DNA of 57,818 nt from an uncultured virus (IMG/VR IMGVR_UViG_3300021478_000018). Taxonomy: Duplodnaviria > Heunggongvirae > Uroviricota > Caudoviricetes. The notes beneath the pieces were generated by a model that saw only the letters and a program-made list of their open reading frames with translations, ran no database searches and was not told the DNA's origin. Positions 21,946 to 30,735 of the stretch are shown here, in pieces. The stretch lies in IMG/VR virus record IMGVR_UViG_3300021478_000018. The stretch is one strand, 5' to 3'. A program made the position numbers and the translations under genes. The number at the start of each line of letters is the position of its first letter. Within the stretch, counting starts at the first letter, position 1.

Positions 21946-22137
21946 TTAACGAGCGGCTCCGGCTCCTCCGATTAGCGGAAGTAAGACGAGAATAACCGCG
22001 ACGATTAGGGCGATAAAGAGGAAGACCCAGAATCCCCGTCCTATCGCTACTCCGAAGCTCGGCCCAATCGTCAGACAGATTAGGGTAATGAGCATGATTA
22101 AGAGAATAACAACGTTCATAAGAATTCCCGTATGCAC
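21946..22137 (-). CDS. Small two-TM membrane protein
   Basis: Two long hydrophobic stretches in 63 aa. Confidence 0.55.
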   Translation of the reverse strand: MHTGILMNVVILLIMLITLICLTIGPSFGVAIGRGFWVFLFIALIVAVILVLLPLIGGAGAAR

Positions 22138-22146
22138 GGCGGATAA

Positions 22147-22446
22147 TTACTTCTCCGCGATGTATTTCGGGCGGGGAGGAACTTGGGCTAAGAAAGGGGT
22201 CGGGCTCGGTTTAACCTCGGCGACGGATAAATCTCGCGGGACGAGAAGGCTAATCCCAAAGCCCATTAAAAGGGGGATCGAGAAAACGACGATCGCTCCG
22301 GCGAAAAGCGCTACCCCCTCCCACCAAGGAGGTCTCTTTTTCGGAACCGGAACGACGGGGGGCGGGGGAGGAGACCGGTCTTCGCTCTCCGGACAAACTA
22401 GCCGCCACCGGCAACTACTACAGGGCGCTCGGGTAACGCCAGCCAC
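22147..22446 (-). CDS. Small membrane protein
   Basis: One hydrophobic helix, Pro-rich flanks; tightly packed with neighbours. Confidence 0.45.
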   Translation of the reverse strand: MAGVTRAPCSSCRWRLVCPESEDRSPPPPPVVPVPKKRPPWWEGVALFAGAIVVFSIPLLMGFGISLLVPRDLSVAEVKPSPTPFLAQVPPRPKYIAEK

Positions 22447-22461
22447 GTTAATAAACTACCC

Positions 22462-23892
22462 TTAGAAACTTCCGGTTAACGCGGCGTACGCCCACGAATT
22501 TTGGGCGGTGCAATAGATCCAGAAGTTATTACGGCCCGCGTCTTGGGAGATCGTTTCCATTCCCGGAAGCCCCGGATAATAGCCGCCGGTCGGCGGAGCG
22601 CCGAAGACGCCTTGGCCGAAGCTGGTAAGGGCGAAGCGCATCCAGGTATTAAGGGCGACGGAGACGTAAAAATAGGAGCCGTCGGTGTAGGTGTATCCCG
22701 GAGGGACGGCGGCGGTCGCGGCGAAGGGCGTTCCTCCGGCCCAGGTCGCGAGGGCGATCCGGTACCAATGGTTAGCGCCGACTAATCCGGTACAGCAGAC
22801 ATAAAAATAGTTCGCGTCGTAGGAAGTTTGCCCGATGTTGCCCGCCGCCGAGGAGTTCGCCGGAACGGCTACCCAAGGCCGGAAAGGAACGGAAAGAACC
22901 CGCCGCCAATTGGAAACGCCGTAGAAGTAGTAATGGTCGTAGCCGGAGGCCTCGGTTTGCGCCGGGTTCGTATCGGTCGTATTCGGGAGCGGGATAAAGA
23001 CGCCGCGTTGAGGAGGGACGTTAATAATCGAGGACCATTGCGGCGGCGGGATACTCGCGATCGCCGAATCGATATAACCTTTCGTCGCGCCGTCGGTCGC
23101 GAGCCCGGGCGAGCCGAGAAGGGTAATTCGATTCCCATTGGCGGAGATCGGGCCGTTCGGGAGGGCGAGGGTATTAAGGGGGACGGCTTGGATCGCGCTC
23201 GTTAGATCGGAGATCGTCGAGGAGAGCTGGGTTCCGGAATGATTCGTCCGGTTTAGGTAATAGGAAGGGGAAACCCCGGCGAGGAGGGTCGCCGTAACCG
23301 CGTAATTTACGATCCCGGTCGCTCCGGGATCGTAGACCGCGAGGGTAAGGAATTTCGAACTCGTCGCCGCGACGTTATTATCGACGTAGCGTTTCGTTAC
23401 GGCGTCGTTCGGGTTCGCCGGATCGGCGAGGTTAATAATCGGGAAGGCGTTTAGATCGATCGAGTTCGCCGGTTTCGCGAAAACGTCGAGCGAGTTCGAG
23501 CGGATATTCGCCGTAAGATCGCTAATCGTACTCGAAAGCTGGGTTCCGGTCGCGTTTACCCGGTTTAAATAGTAGGGCCCGGAGTTACCTCCGAGAAGGA
23601 TCGCGTTCGCGGCGACCGAGGCCGTCGCGGCGTTCCCGGCGAGCGGCCCGTTAAAAGCGGAGGCCGTTAACGCTCCGGCTCCGTCCCGGAGGGCGAGCGT
23701 ATTCGGGTTCGCTAACGTACTCATCGGCGCTCCCATAACCAGGGTCGCCGCCCCGTTCCAGCATTCCACAAACCCCGTCGCGACGTTTAGATAGAGCCGC
23801 CCCGCCGGGCCGGAAGTAACCGCCGGGACCGTCTCTAAACGGAAATTTAGAGAAGGAATATTGTTAAAGTTAACGGGGTAAACGACTAACAT
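22462..23892 (-). CDS. Virion structural / fibre-like protein
   Basis: Duplicated YYLNR..GTQLSSTISDLT, ADP..DAVTKRYVD and YDANYFYVC..W.R.AL repeats typical of fibres. Confidence 0.7.
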   Translation of the reverse strand: MLVVYPVNFNNIPSLNFRLETVPAVTSGPAGRLYLNVATGFVECWNGAATLVMGAPMSTLANPNTLALRDGAGALTASAFNGPLAGNAATASVAANAILLGGNSGPYYLNRVNATGTQLSSTISDLTANIRSNSLDVFAKPANSIDLNAFPIINLADPANPNDAVTKRYVDNNVAATSSKFLTLAVYDPGATGIVNYAVTATLLAGVSPSYYLNRTNHSGTQLSSTISDLTSAIQAVPLNTLALPNGPISANGNRITLLGSPGLATDGATKGYIDSAIASIPPPQWSSIINVPPQRGVFIPLPNTTDTNPAQTEASGYDHYYFYGVSNWRRVLSVPFRPWVAVPANSSAAGNIGQTSYDANYFYVCCTGLVGANHWYRIALATWAGGTPFAATAAVPPGYTYTDGSYFYVSVALNTWMRFALTSFGQGVFGAPPTGGYYPGLPGMETISQDAGRNNFWIYCTAQNSWAYAALTGSF

Positions 23893-23895
23893 ATT

Positions 23896-24126
23896 TTACG
23901 AAGAAGAAGGTCGTAATAGCGCCGAGCACCGGTAATTCGCTTCTTCCGTCGCGGGATGGAAAGTGGGGTGGGTATCGACGGTAACCGAAATGACCGTGTA
24001 GACGACATCCTCGCCCGTCTTAAGATCGGGGAAAGTGACGGTCCCGCCGACCGGATAAGACGCTTTCCAAGCGGGGATCGTCCCTAGGGTACAAAGATCA
24101 CTACGTTGAATATCTATGGAGGCCAT
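23896..24126 (-). CDS. Hypothetical protein
   Basis: 76-aa ORF tightly packed in a minus-strand structural operon. Confidence 0.5.
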   Translation of the reverse strand: MASIDIQRSDLCTLGTIPAWKASYPVGGTVTFPDLKTGEDVVYTVISVTVDTHPTFHPATEEANYRCSALLRPSSS

Positions 24127-24140
24127 TACTTTTTTTAGGA

Positions 24141-24953
24141 TTAGGTTAGGTAGGCGTAGCCGCTCGTTGGAGCGTAGAAAGAGACGGTAATATGGTCGGT
24201 ATCGGGGTAGACGACTTTCGCGAGCGCGAGTTCGCCCGAGACCGAGACGTTAACGGTCGGGTAACGACCGAGGCCGTGCGTAACGTTCCATTGCAGCGCC
24301 GGAATCGCGGCGGTAAAGACGTAAAGGCCGTCGCCGAGTCCGGCGAGGAAAGCGTTAATCTGGTCCTGATTGTAGTAGAGCTGGGAGGCGGCGTACGGGG
24401 TTAGGTAAGGGGCGGTCGCGATCGCCGAGTCGACCTCCGGCTTCGTATAGTAGCGGGCGTCGTTAACCAGGTTAAAATCCGAGGAATTAAAGAGGTTATC
24501 GATGTAGGTTTTCCCGTAGTAGCGGTCGTCGTGGCCGTGGGCTAGGGGGGTCGCGGTCCCGTAAAGGGCGAGCGAAGAGTCGATTCCGGAGGGCGAGGTA
24601 ACCGCGTCGACGTAGGCCTTTAGGTAGTAACGGTCGTCGTGAAAGTGGATGACCGCCGCCTTCGTCGCGAGAAGGGCGTCGGTTTCGGCGCTCGTATAAT
24701 AGGTTCCGGCGAGGGCTTCGGGAAGGGTCTCGGTCGTAACGAAGGTCGCGAGGATCGCGGAAAGGCCGGTAATCTCGTTAATCTGGTGGGAGACCGGGTG
24801 CGGCATAATCGGCGGGAAAACCGTCGGTTTCGAGGTAATATCGGCCCAGTTGAAGGCCTGAACGGTATCGACGACGTTATTCGCGTCCGCGTCGTAGATC
24901 CCCCTCGCCATTAGGACCGAAGCCGCGACTGGAGTTACGATGGGCACGCGCAA
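24141..24953 (-). CDS. Virion structural / fibre-associated protein
   Basis: Repeated HDDRYY/YYTKxExD; C-terminal WNVTHGLGRYPTV..F.APTSGYAYL domain. Confidence 0.65.
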   Translation of the reverse strand: MRVPIVTPVAASVLMARGIYDADANNVVDTVQAFNWADITSKPTVFPPIMPHPVSHQINEITGLSAILATFVTTETLPEALAGTYYTSAETDALLATKAAVIHFHDDRYYLKAYVDAVTSPSGIDSSLALYGTATPLAHGHDDRYYGKTYIDNLFNSSDFNLVNDARYYTKPEVDSAIATAPYLTPYAASQLYYNQDQINAFLAGLGDGLYVFTAAIPALQWNVTHGLGRYPTVNVSVSGELALAKVVYPDTDHITVSFYAPTSGYAYLT

Positions 24954-25007
24954 AAATACTCGTTAGGAGACCCCGAGGAATAAGCGCGGTATTTTCCGGA
25001 TAGCGTT

Positions 25008-25319
25008 ATGGACTACTACACCGTCACTCAGAAAAAGCGGGCTCGTCTCGCCGGAACCGCCCGGGACCGGACGACCGCTCGAACCTCTATGCTCATGTAC
25101 CGGGCCTCCCGGGGGAAGGCGTTTGAGGAAATGAAGGCCGTCGTTAAGCGAGGGCGGTTAAAACGGAAAGCCGAGAAGGAAGGCCGGGAAGTCGACGAGG
25201 ACGAGAAGGATACGACCGGCCCGACCGAACTCGAAATCCGGGGAATTGGGGTCCCCGGAAATCGGTCGGCGGAAGTAGCGGAAGCTCCGAAAGAAGGAAC
25301 GAGCGGAAGCCCGATTTAG
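25008..25319 (+). CDS. Hypothetical protein
   Basis: 103-aa ORF preceded by GGTATTTT. Confidence 0.45.
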   Translation: MDYYTVTQKKRARLAGTARDRTTARTSMLMYRASRGKAFEEMKAVVKRGRLKRKAEKEGREVDEDEKDTTGPTELEIRGIGVPGNRSAEVAEAPKEGTSGSPI

Positions 25320-25652
25320 TTAAGCGACGACGCAGCCGAGTAGTTCGGCGGCTCCGAGGATCGGGGCGACGACCGGGCGAAGATCCGGGACGATCGCCGC
25401 GTAGGCGTCGCGCATCTCGGCGTCGGCCATTTTCGAAGGGAGTTTCGCGGGGATTTTCGAGAGGTCGTATTTCGCTTTACCGGTATAGCGGCGGTTGCTA
25501 ACCTCGATATAGAGGTAACCGTCCGCGATGCATCGCGGGTTCGCGGGCGAGGCGACGGTCGGGACGAGGGCTAAACGGAGGGTTTGGTTCGCGCCGGAAT
25601 AGTAAAAGAAAACGGTTCCGGTCGAGTCTTTACGAGATTCTATTTTATTCAT
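25320..25652 (-). CDS. Hypothetical protein
   Basis: ATG 6 nt after CGAAATGTA. Confidence 0.6.
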   Translation of the reverse strand: MNKIESRKDSTGTVFFYYSGANQTLRLALVPTVASPANPRCIADGYLYIEVSNRRYTGKAKYDLSKIPAKLPSKMADAEMRDAYAAIVPDLRPVVAPILGAAELLGCVVA

Positions 25653-25713
25653 ACCCTCTACATTTCGTGAGTGGAATTCAATTTTTAGGTTAGGCGGTAA
25701 TTAACGTTTCAAT

Positions 25714-26118
25714 ATGGGAAATTTCAACAAATACAACGATCGTAGCCTCTCCCAGCTCTTAAAAGAGTCGGCGGAAATCTTGGATGAGGAATTTCCCCCG
25801 GCTGCTGGCGGAGGCGCGGGGAGCGCGGTCGCCGATGCTCCGCCTCCCGGAGCCGAAGATGATATGCCCCCGGAGGGCGAAGAAGGCCCTCCTCCCGAAG
25901 AAGAGGGAGCCGAGAGTACGCCGGAAGGAATCGTTAACCAGATGCGCGATCTCCTCGACCAGCTCAGCGCTAAACTAGGAATTGGAGGGGACGAGGAGAT
26001 GGGCGGCGAAGAAGGCGCTCCTCCGGAAGCGTCCGCTCCTCCGCCGCCGCCTTCGGACGCGGGCGGGCCGCCGCCGCCGATGGAAAGCCGGAGACGAAAG
26101 CTCGCGGCGAAGAGATAA
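25714..26118 (+). CDS. Acidic Pro/Gly-rich protein, putative prohead core or internal protein
   Basis: LLKES, ILDEE and MESRRRK resemble Glu-specific prohead-protease sites; low-complexity acidic body. Confidence 0.5.
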   Translation: MGNFNKYNDRSLSQLLKESAEILDEEFPPAAGGGAGSAVADAPPPGAEDDMPPEGEEGPPPEEEGAESTPEGIVNQMRDLLDQLSAKLGIGGDEEMGGEEGAPPEASAPPPPPSDAGGPPPPMESRRRKLAAKR

Positions 26119-26149
26119 TTTTTAATTTTGTCGAATGATCTTGATTTAT

Positions 26150-26177
26150 GGCCGGTCGAAAGCGACCGGCCTTTTTT
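26150..26177 (+). terminator. Intrinsic terminator
   Basis: GGCCGGTCG-AAAG-CGACCGGCC followed by TTTTTT. Confidence 0.8.
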
Positions 26178-26183
26178 AAGTTT

Positions 26184-26714
26184 ATGGCCGAGGATCCCGA
26201 AAGCGATTCCGAAAGGGAGTTTAGGGAGTTTAAAGAGTTTCAGGCTCGGCAAGCTCAGCCCGCCCCGAGGACTCCGGAGCCGACCGCTGTTAAACATTCG
26301 ACCGATTGGGGTAAGATTCTTACCGGTTGCGTCGGGGCGCTTATTTTAGGTTTGCAGGGCGTTAATTTAAGCGAACTCGGAAACGTCGGCGAGCAGGGCC
26401 GGGAACGGGCCGAATCGCTGAAAGCGATCGAACTAGAAGGTCAGCAACGGGCGGAGGCGTTGAAAAATATTGGGACTAGTCTGGATAACCAAACGAAAAT
26501 CTTAGAGGGCTTAGAGGCTGCTTTGACTAACCAATCGAAAATTTTAGATAATATCGATACCTCGATTACCCAGAATGCTAAAATTTTAGAGAACGGGACC
26601 GAGATGATCCGGAAGGATAACGATCAACTGGAAAATCAGAAAAAGATTCTCGACCTCCTCCAGAGAAACTTAGAGGCCCGTTTAAAGACGCCGGGACCGG
26701 CGGCTACCCCTTAG
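26184..26714 (+). CDS. Membrane-anchored coiled-coil protein (possible lysis gene)
   Basis: Start placed after the terminator (MAEDPES); one hydrophobic segment, then NQxKIL heptad repeats. Confidence 0.55.
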   Translation: MAEDPESDSEREFREFKEFQARQAQPAPRTPEPTAVKHSTDWGKILTGCVGALILGLQGVNLSELGNVGEQGRERAESLKAIELEGQQRAEALKNIGTSLDNQTKILEGLEAALTNQSKILDNIDTSITQNAKILENGTEMIRKDNDQLENQKKILDLLQRNLEARLKTPGPAATP

Positions 26715-26721
26715 GGGGGTT

Positions 26722-26940
26722 ATGGACCGATGGAAGCTAGTACTCGCTTGGGGATGCCTAATTATGTTCTTCGGTATCCCGCTCCTCATTCTTTCGCTCC
26801 ATCTCTACAATTTACAAAATCCGAGCGCCTTTATCCAACATCTCCCGGAGTTTAAGTATTTCGGCGATTACCTCCGGACGATAACGGCGATTATTATCTC
26901 CCTCGCTGGTTTGCATACGGTCGAAACCTTTAAAAAGTAG
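26722..26940 (+). CDS. Putative holin
   Basis: 72 aa, two hydrophobic helices, basic C-terminus; endolysin about 1.2 kb downstream. Confidence 0.45.
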   Translation: MDRWKLVLAWGCLIMFFGIPLLILSLHLYNLQNPSAFIQHLPEFKYFGDYLRTITAIIISLAGLHTVETFKK

Positions 26941-26943
26941 TGA

Positions 26944-26968
26944 CCTCCGGTTACGACGTAACCGGAGG
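26944..26968. terminator. Hairpin between convergent genes
   Basis: CCTCCGGTTAC-GAC-GTAACCGGAGG, perfect 11-bp stem. Confidence 0.6.
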
Positions 26969-27010
26969 ATTTATAAGGAAGTTATCCCGGTTTAGCTTTT
27001 TTTCCTAAGG

Positions 27011-27475
27011 TTAGGCGTCCCAGCCGGAGACTTCGTGCATCTCCTCTAGTTGTATAACGGGAGCGACTTGAACTCGTCGTGCACATTCTGGGCCGATCCC
27101 TTTCGTAATCGAGTCGGGGTGGGTTAGGCGGCGGCCGCAGCATCCGCAAGCGCCTTCGTGCTGGACCTGGAGGTCGTAAGGAAGGGTCTTTAACTTTACG
27201 AAATAGTTAAAGGCCTTCGCGCAGGTCGATTCGGCGGTAAAGGAGCTTTTCTTCGTTACCCGGAAACCCTCTTTCGTAAGGATCCCGAGGTAGTTGAAGC
27301 TCTGGTCCTCGCCGCCGAGGACGGAGACGAAGTAAAGTTCGTCGTTATCCTTAGCGCGTTTTACTTTGTAGGTGTAGTGCTTATCGGTTTTCCGAGAAGT
27401 AAGAGTTAAGACGGCCTTACCCGATTGCGCGTAGGCGAGGGCGTCGGCGATATTCGTGAAGCGGTGTTCGTTCAT
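27011..27475 (-). CDS. DUF6011-like Zn-binding protein with C-terminal tag (EEMHEVSGWDA*)
   Basis: CGCCGRRLTHPDSITKGIGPECA; start MNEHRF lies 6 nt after CGAAATGTA. Confidence 0.75.
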   Translation of the reverse strand: MNEHRFTNIADALAYAQSGKAVLTLTSRKTDKHYTYKVKRAKDNDELYFVSVLGGEDQSFNYLGILTKEGFRVTKKSSFTAESTCAKAFNYFVKLKTLPYDLQVQHEGACGCCGRRLTHPDSITKGIGPECARRVQVAPVIQLEEMHEVSGWDA

Positions 27476-27570
27476 ACCCCTTACATTTCGTGAGGGTTTC
27501 ATGGATTATTCTATCCATGTATGAATCGTCGGAACGAAAACGAAAAAGTTTAGCTGGACGATTGGAATCT

Positions 27571-27795
27571 CTAGACGAAGTGTTCCTCTTCGTAGGGAGT
27601 AAGCCCCCGTAACTCTAACCAGCCCTGAAAGGCGGGGAGCGCTCTCGGAGGGAGGGTAACGCTTAGTCCGTTCGACGTTTCTCGGACCGTCCACTTTTCG
27701 AGCCGGACGACCGATCTTACGTATTCGAGAAACCCCTTCGGCCACTTCGTCTCGTCTCGAAGCTTTAACTCGAACGCAATTTGTTCAGTGTCCAA
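27571..27795 (-). CDS. Hypothetical protein
   Basis: 74-aa ORF, TTG start. Confidence 0.4.
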   Translation of the reverse strand: MDTEQIAFELKLRDETKWPKGFLEYVRSVVRLEKWTVRETSNGLSVTLPPRALPAFQGWLELRGLTPYEEEHFV

Positions 27796-27869
27796 AAAGT
27801 TAAATCCGTTCGCCCGTATAACCGGGGTACGGATGTAAAACGGACCGTTTTAGAGCGTTTTAGAGGATT

Positions 27870-28046
27870 TTAGCCGCGACGGCGTTGGGATCGGGGATTC
27901 CGTTTCGGCGGTTTTATTACGGAAACGTTTATCCGGCTACCCTTGCCGGTACCCGGTTTCTCGACGACCGTAACGGGCGAAGCCGATTTAGGGGACGCCG
28001 GTCCGGGAGGGGGCGTAGAAGAAGGCTGTTTCTTGGGATCGGTCAT
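27870..28046 (-). CDS. Small basic Pro-rich protein
   Basis: Hand-translated 58 aa MTDPKKQPSSTPPPG..RSQRRRG*, preceded by AAGGA; below the ORF-track cutoff. Confidence 0.35.
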   Translation of the reverse strand: MTDPKKQPSSTPPPGPASPKSASPVTVVEKPGTGKGSRINVSVIKPPKRNPRSQRRRG

Positions 28047-28126
28047 ATTATCCTTAGAACGACCTCAGGGGCCGTTCGAAGTTTAAAATAAAATGTTCGG
28101 GGAGCCGCTTAGTACGTACTTGGAGT

Positions 28127-28573
28127 ATGGCTATAGATGAAAGATCGGCTAAAAACATCGCTACCTTAGCGCCTACAGTGAGACCTCTCGCGGAAAAATT
28201 AATCGAGACGGCTAAAGCGGCGGGAATCAACGTTAAAATTATTAGCGGAACCCGGACCTACGCTCAGCAAAACGCAATCTACGCCCAAGGTCGTACGACG
28301 CCCGGAAAGATCGTTACGAAAGCCCGGGCCGGGCAATCCTGGCATAACTTCGGGATCGCCTTCGATATCGGGATCTTTTCGGCGGACGGTAAAACCTACT
28401 ACGGCGAGCACAAAGATTATAAAACCGTCGGGAAGATGGGGGAAGAATTAGGACTGGAGTGGGGCGGGGACTGGAAGTTCGTCGACGAGCCCCACTTTCA
28501 GTATAACCCGAAGAAATACGTCCTTTCGGAGATGAAAAGACGTAAAGACGCCGGGGAGGATTTATTCGCCTAA
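28127..28573 (+). CDS. Endolysin, M15 family L-Ala-D-Glu peptidase
   Basis: SGTRT..Q..YAQGR, SWHNFGIAFD, EWGGDW..DEPHFQ. Confidence 0.9.
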   Translation: MAIDERSAKNIATLAPTVRPLAEKLIETAKAAGINVKIISGTRTYAQQNAIYAQGRTTPGKIVTKARAGQSWHNFGIAFDIGIFSADGKTYYGEHKDYKTVGKMGEELGLEWGGDWKFVDEPHFQYNPKKYVLSEMKRRKDAGEDLFA

Positions 28574-28758
28574 TCGAACGAGCCGGTTAGGTCCTCGTCC
28601 TTAAAATCGCCCCGATAAATCCGGAGAATCCGATTCGATAAAACGTCGAACTTAGCGATTAAAGCTCCGGCTTGAGCTTGGAGCGCCTTCGCTTCCGCTT
28701 GCATCTCGGCGACATCTTTCCGGACGTTCCGGAGCGCTTCGATTTCGTCGTTTTTCAT
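28570..28758 (-). CDS. Small coiled-coil protein
   Basis: 62 aa, preceded by GGAGGAG. Confidence 0.5.
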   Translation of the reverse strand: MKNDEIEALRNVRKDVAEMQAEAKALQAQAGALIAKFDVLSNRILRIYRGDFKDEDLTGSFD

Positions 28759-28761
28759 ATA

Positions 28762-29139
28762 TTAGACTCCTCCTTCGAAGTAGCGGTAAGGGAGCCCGTG
28801 CTCGAAGGCGTAGGCGCTCATTCCACAGACTTGCACGTCGTCGGTAAGGCCGACGGCCTCGATATCCCAGCGGATCGCGGTAGCGCGGTCGATATTAAAA
28901 TCGGCTATTAGCTTCGCGATATGGGCTTCGAAGGCGACCGTCGCGAAGGCTTCGTTTTCTTCCTCTTCGGCGATTGCGGCTCCGATCGCTTTCGCGAGGT
29001 CGGCCTCCTCGGCGTCGAGCTGGGCGTTATTCATCGTATTCCACCGCGCCCATTGCTCGGGCGAGGGGCGGAATCCGTAGGCGTCTTTATGCATATCCGA
29101 GAGGTCTCGGACGTTAGGGGCGATAAGTATGTCGTTCAT
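28762..29139 (-). CDS. Hypothetical phage protein
   Basis: SDMHKDAYGFRP..DRATAIRW..GLPY; ATG 6 nt after CGAAATGTA. Confidence 0.7.
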   Translation of the reverse strand: MNDILIAPNVRDLSDMHKDAYGFRPSPEQWARWNTMNNAQLDAEEADLAKAIGAAIAEEEENEAFATVAFEAHIAKLIADFNIDRATAIRWDIEAVGLTDDVQVCGMSAYAFEHGLPYRYFEGGV

Positions 29140-29162
29140 ACCCTATACATTTCGTGAGCGGT

Positions 29163-29363
29163 TTAGCGGTCCCGGTACCAGTCCGCGAGCGTTCGTTCGC
29201 CCGCTTTCGAGCCTTTCCCGAAGTAGGAGTCGATAAGCGCCCGGGCTTGGGCGGCGATGATCCGTTTCTGGGAGGTAATCCGGAACTCGATCCGGAGCCT
29301 CTCTAAGGCGGCCTCGAAGACGCACTGGGCGTCGTGCGGCGAGTTTAAGTCGTTTATATCCAC
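29163..29363 (-). CDS. Hypothetical protein
   Basis: 66-aa ORF, GTG start. Confidence 0.4.
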   Translation of the reverse strand: MDINDLNSPHDAQCVFEAALERLRIEFRITSQKRIIAAQARALIDSYFGKGSKAGERTLADWYRDR

Positions 29364-29394
29364 GACCGGTCCATTTCGTTCTATTTTAGTAAAG

Positions 29395-29799
29395 ATGAGA
29401 CCGTTAATGATCGACGACGAGGCGAAGAAACGGGTCGCCGAGGTATTAGAATTCGCGAGAGGTAACCTTTACCGGCCCGGGAAGAGCGAGAACGTTCCCG
29501 GAGACGACTCCCGGCACGTCGTCTATTTCTTCCTCGGTTTCCGGGCGGTCTTCTCCTTTACCGAGGGGCCGGACGGCCTCTACCGGCATTTAACCGTCTC
29601 GGTCGATAACGGGAAGTATCCGAGCCCGCTCGCGGCGTTTATGATCGCCGACGCCTTCGGTTTTACCGGCTGGAAATTGGAGATGGGAGAAAATCCGCCT
29701 CCGGGGTGGATGGGGAACGTCGACGAGGAGGATAGCTGCGTTACTCTTTTTCAGAGGGTTTCTCCGTCTCCGTCTCCGTCTCCTTCGGGGTCACCGTAA
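29395..29799 (+). CDS. Hypothetical protein
   Basis: Start placed at MRPLMIDD, 12 nt after CGTTCT. Confidence 0.6.
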   Translation: MRPLMIDDEAKKRVAEVLEFARGNLYRPGKSENVPGDDSRHVVYFFLGFRAVFSFTEGPDGLYRHLTVSVDNGKYPSPLAAFMIADAFGFTGWKLEMGENPPPGWMGNVDEEDSCVTLFQRVSPSPSPSPSGSP

Positions 29800-29905
29800 A
29801 GTGGATTACGATAATCCCTTCGGGAGAGACCGTCTCGGTTCTAGTAACGGTATAATCCCGAGAGTTATCGTTCGAAGAGGTTCCGTCGGCGGCGATTTTA
29901 GTCAT
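29741..29905 (-). CDS. Small hypothetical protein (54 aa)
   Basis: Hand-translated MTKIAADG..KPSEKE*; ATG 6 nt after CGAAATGTA; overlaps the 3' end of the convergent gene. Confidence 0.45.
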   Translation of the reverse strand: MTKIAADGTSSNDNSRDYTVTRTETVSPEGIIVIHFTVTPKETETETEKPSEKE

Positions 29906-29911
29906 ACCCTC

Positions 29912-29931
29912 TACATTTCGTCCGAAATGTA
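29912..29931. promoter_or_regulatory. Back-to-back pair of CGAAATGTA motifs
   Basis: TACATTTCG-TC-CGAAATGTA, each 6 nt from an outward-facing ATG (29905 and 29938). Confidence 0.75.
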
Positions 29932-29937
29932 CCGCCT

Positions 29938-30453
29938 ATGAAACGAAAATACACGCGCCGTTCGAAAGCGCTCGTTAATCTAAGTTGGATCGACGAGACG
30001 GCTCAGACGGAGATTTTTAACCTTTGGGACCGGGAAGAGAAAGAAACTCGTCCGCCCGGCCCGATCCTTACTAAGGGCTACGATAATTATCCGGAGTTAA
30101 AACGGTATTCTTTCGGGCGCGAAACCCAACGCTACCACGGAACCGGCCTTTCCTATAACTATGTAAGCCTTACCGTCGATCTTCATTCGAAATATCTCCG
30201 GGTCCGGGCTACCAACTACGCGAGCGGATTGCGGAACGAAATAGCGCTTCCGTTAAACGCGCTTCCGCGAGACCTGGTCGCTTTTTACGATCTTCTTAAG
30301 GAACGGGCTTCCGCCGCTTCCGCCGATACCCGCGTCTTCTCGTTTAACCGGAAGGCAATCGAGGAGACCTGGGAATCGCTACTCGGAGCGATCGCGCTTC
30401 TTCCCCGGTACGAGATCGACCGGATGCACGAAATTTCGGGATGGGACGCGTAA
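29938..30453 (+). CDS. Hypothetical protein with C-terminal tag (IDRMHEISGWDA*)
   Basis: Tag immediately before the stop codon. Confidence 0.75.
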   Translation: MKRKYTRRSKALVNLSWIDETAQTEIFNLWDREEKETRPPGPILTKGYDNYPELKRYSFGRETQRYHGTGLSYNYVSLTVDLHSKYLRVRATNYASGLRNEIALPLNALPRDLVAFYDLLKERASAASADTRVFSFNRKAIEETWESLLGAIALLPRYEIDRMHEISGWDA

Positions 30454-30454
30454 T

Positions 30455-30733
30455 ATGGGCTTCCGATTTCATAAACGCATTAAAATCGTCCCCGGGCTCT
30501 GGTATAACGTCGGTAAGCGGGGCGGGTCTCTCTCGGTCGGAGGGAAAGGGGTAACCTGGAACTCGAAACGGGGGACGACCTTTTCGGTCCGGGGAACCGG
30601 GGTTAGCTATAACGTTCCGAATTCCCGAAAGGGAAAAGCGGCTCCTCCGGCGGCTCCTCTGGCGATGGGCTGTATGATCTGGATCTTTATCGGGATAGCG
30701 GTTCTCGCTTCTTGCCATCCGGGAGTCCACTGA
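30455..30733 (+). CDS. DUF4236-like protein
   Basis: MGFRFHKRIKIVPGLWYNVGKRGGSLSVGG..GTGVSY followed by a TM helix. Confidence 0.75.
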   Translation: MGFRFHKRIKIVPGLWYNVGKRGGSLSVGGKGVTWNSKRGTTFSVRGTGVSYNVPNSRKGKAAPPAAPLAMGCMIWIFIGIAVLASCHPGVH

Positions 30734-30735
30734 AG

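Noticed and set aside
29761..29783. TCTCCG tandem repeat, and the GAAA run near 19055-19072
   Set aside because: Short low-complexity tracts (SP/ET coding or purine-rich leader) with no further structure.
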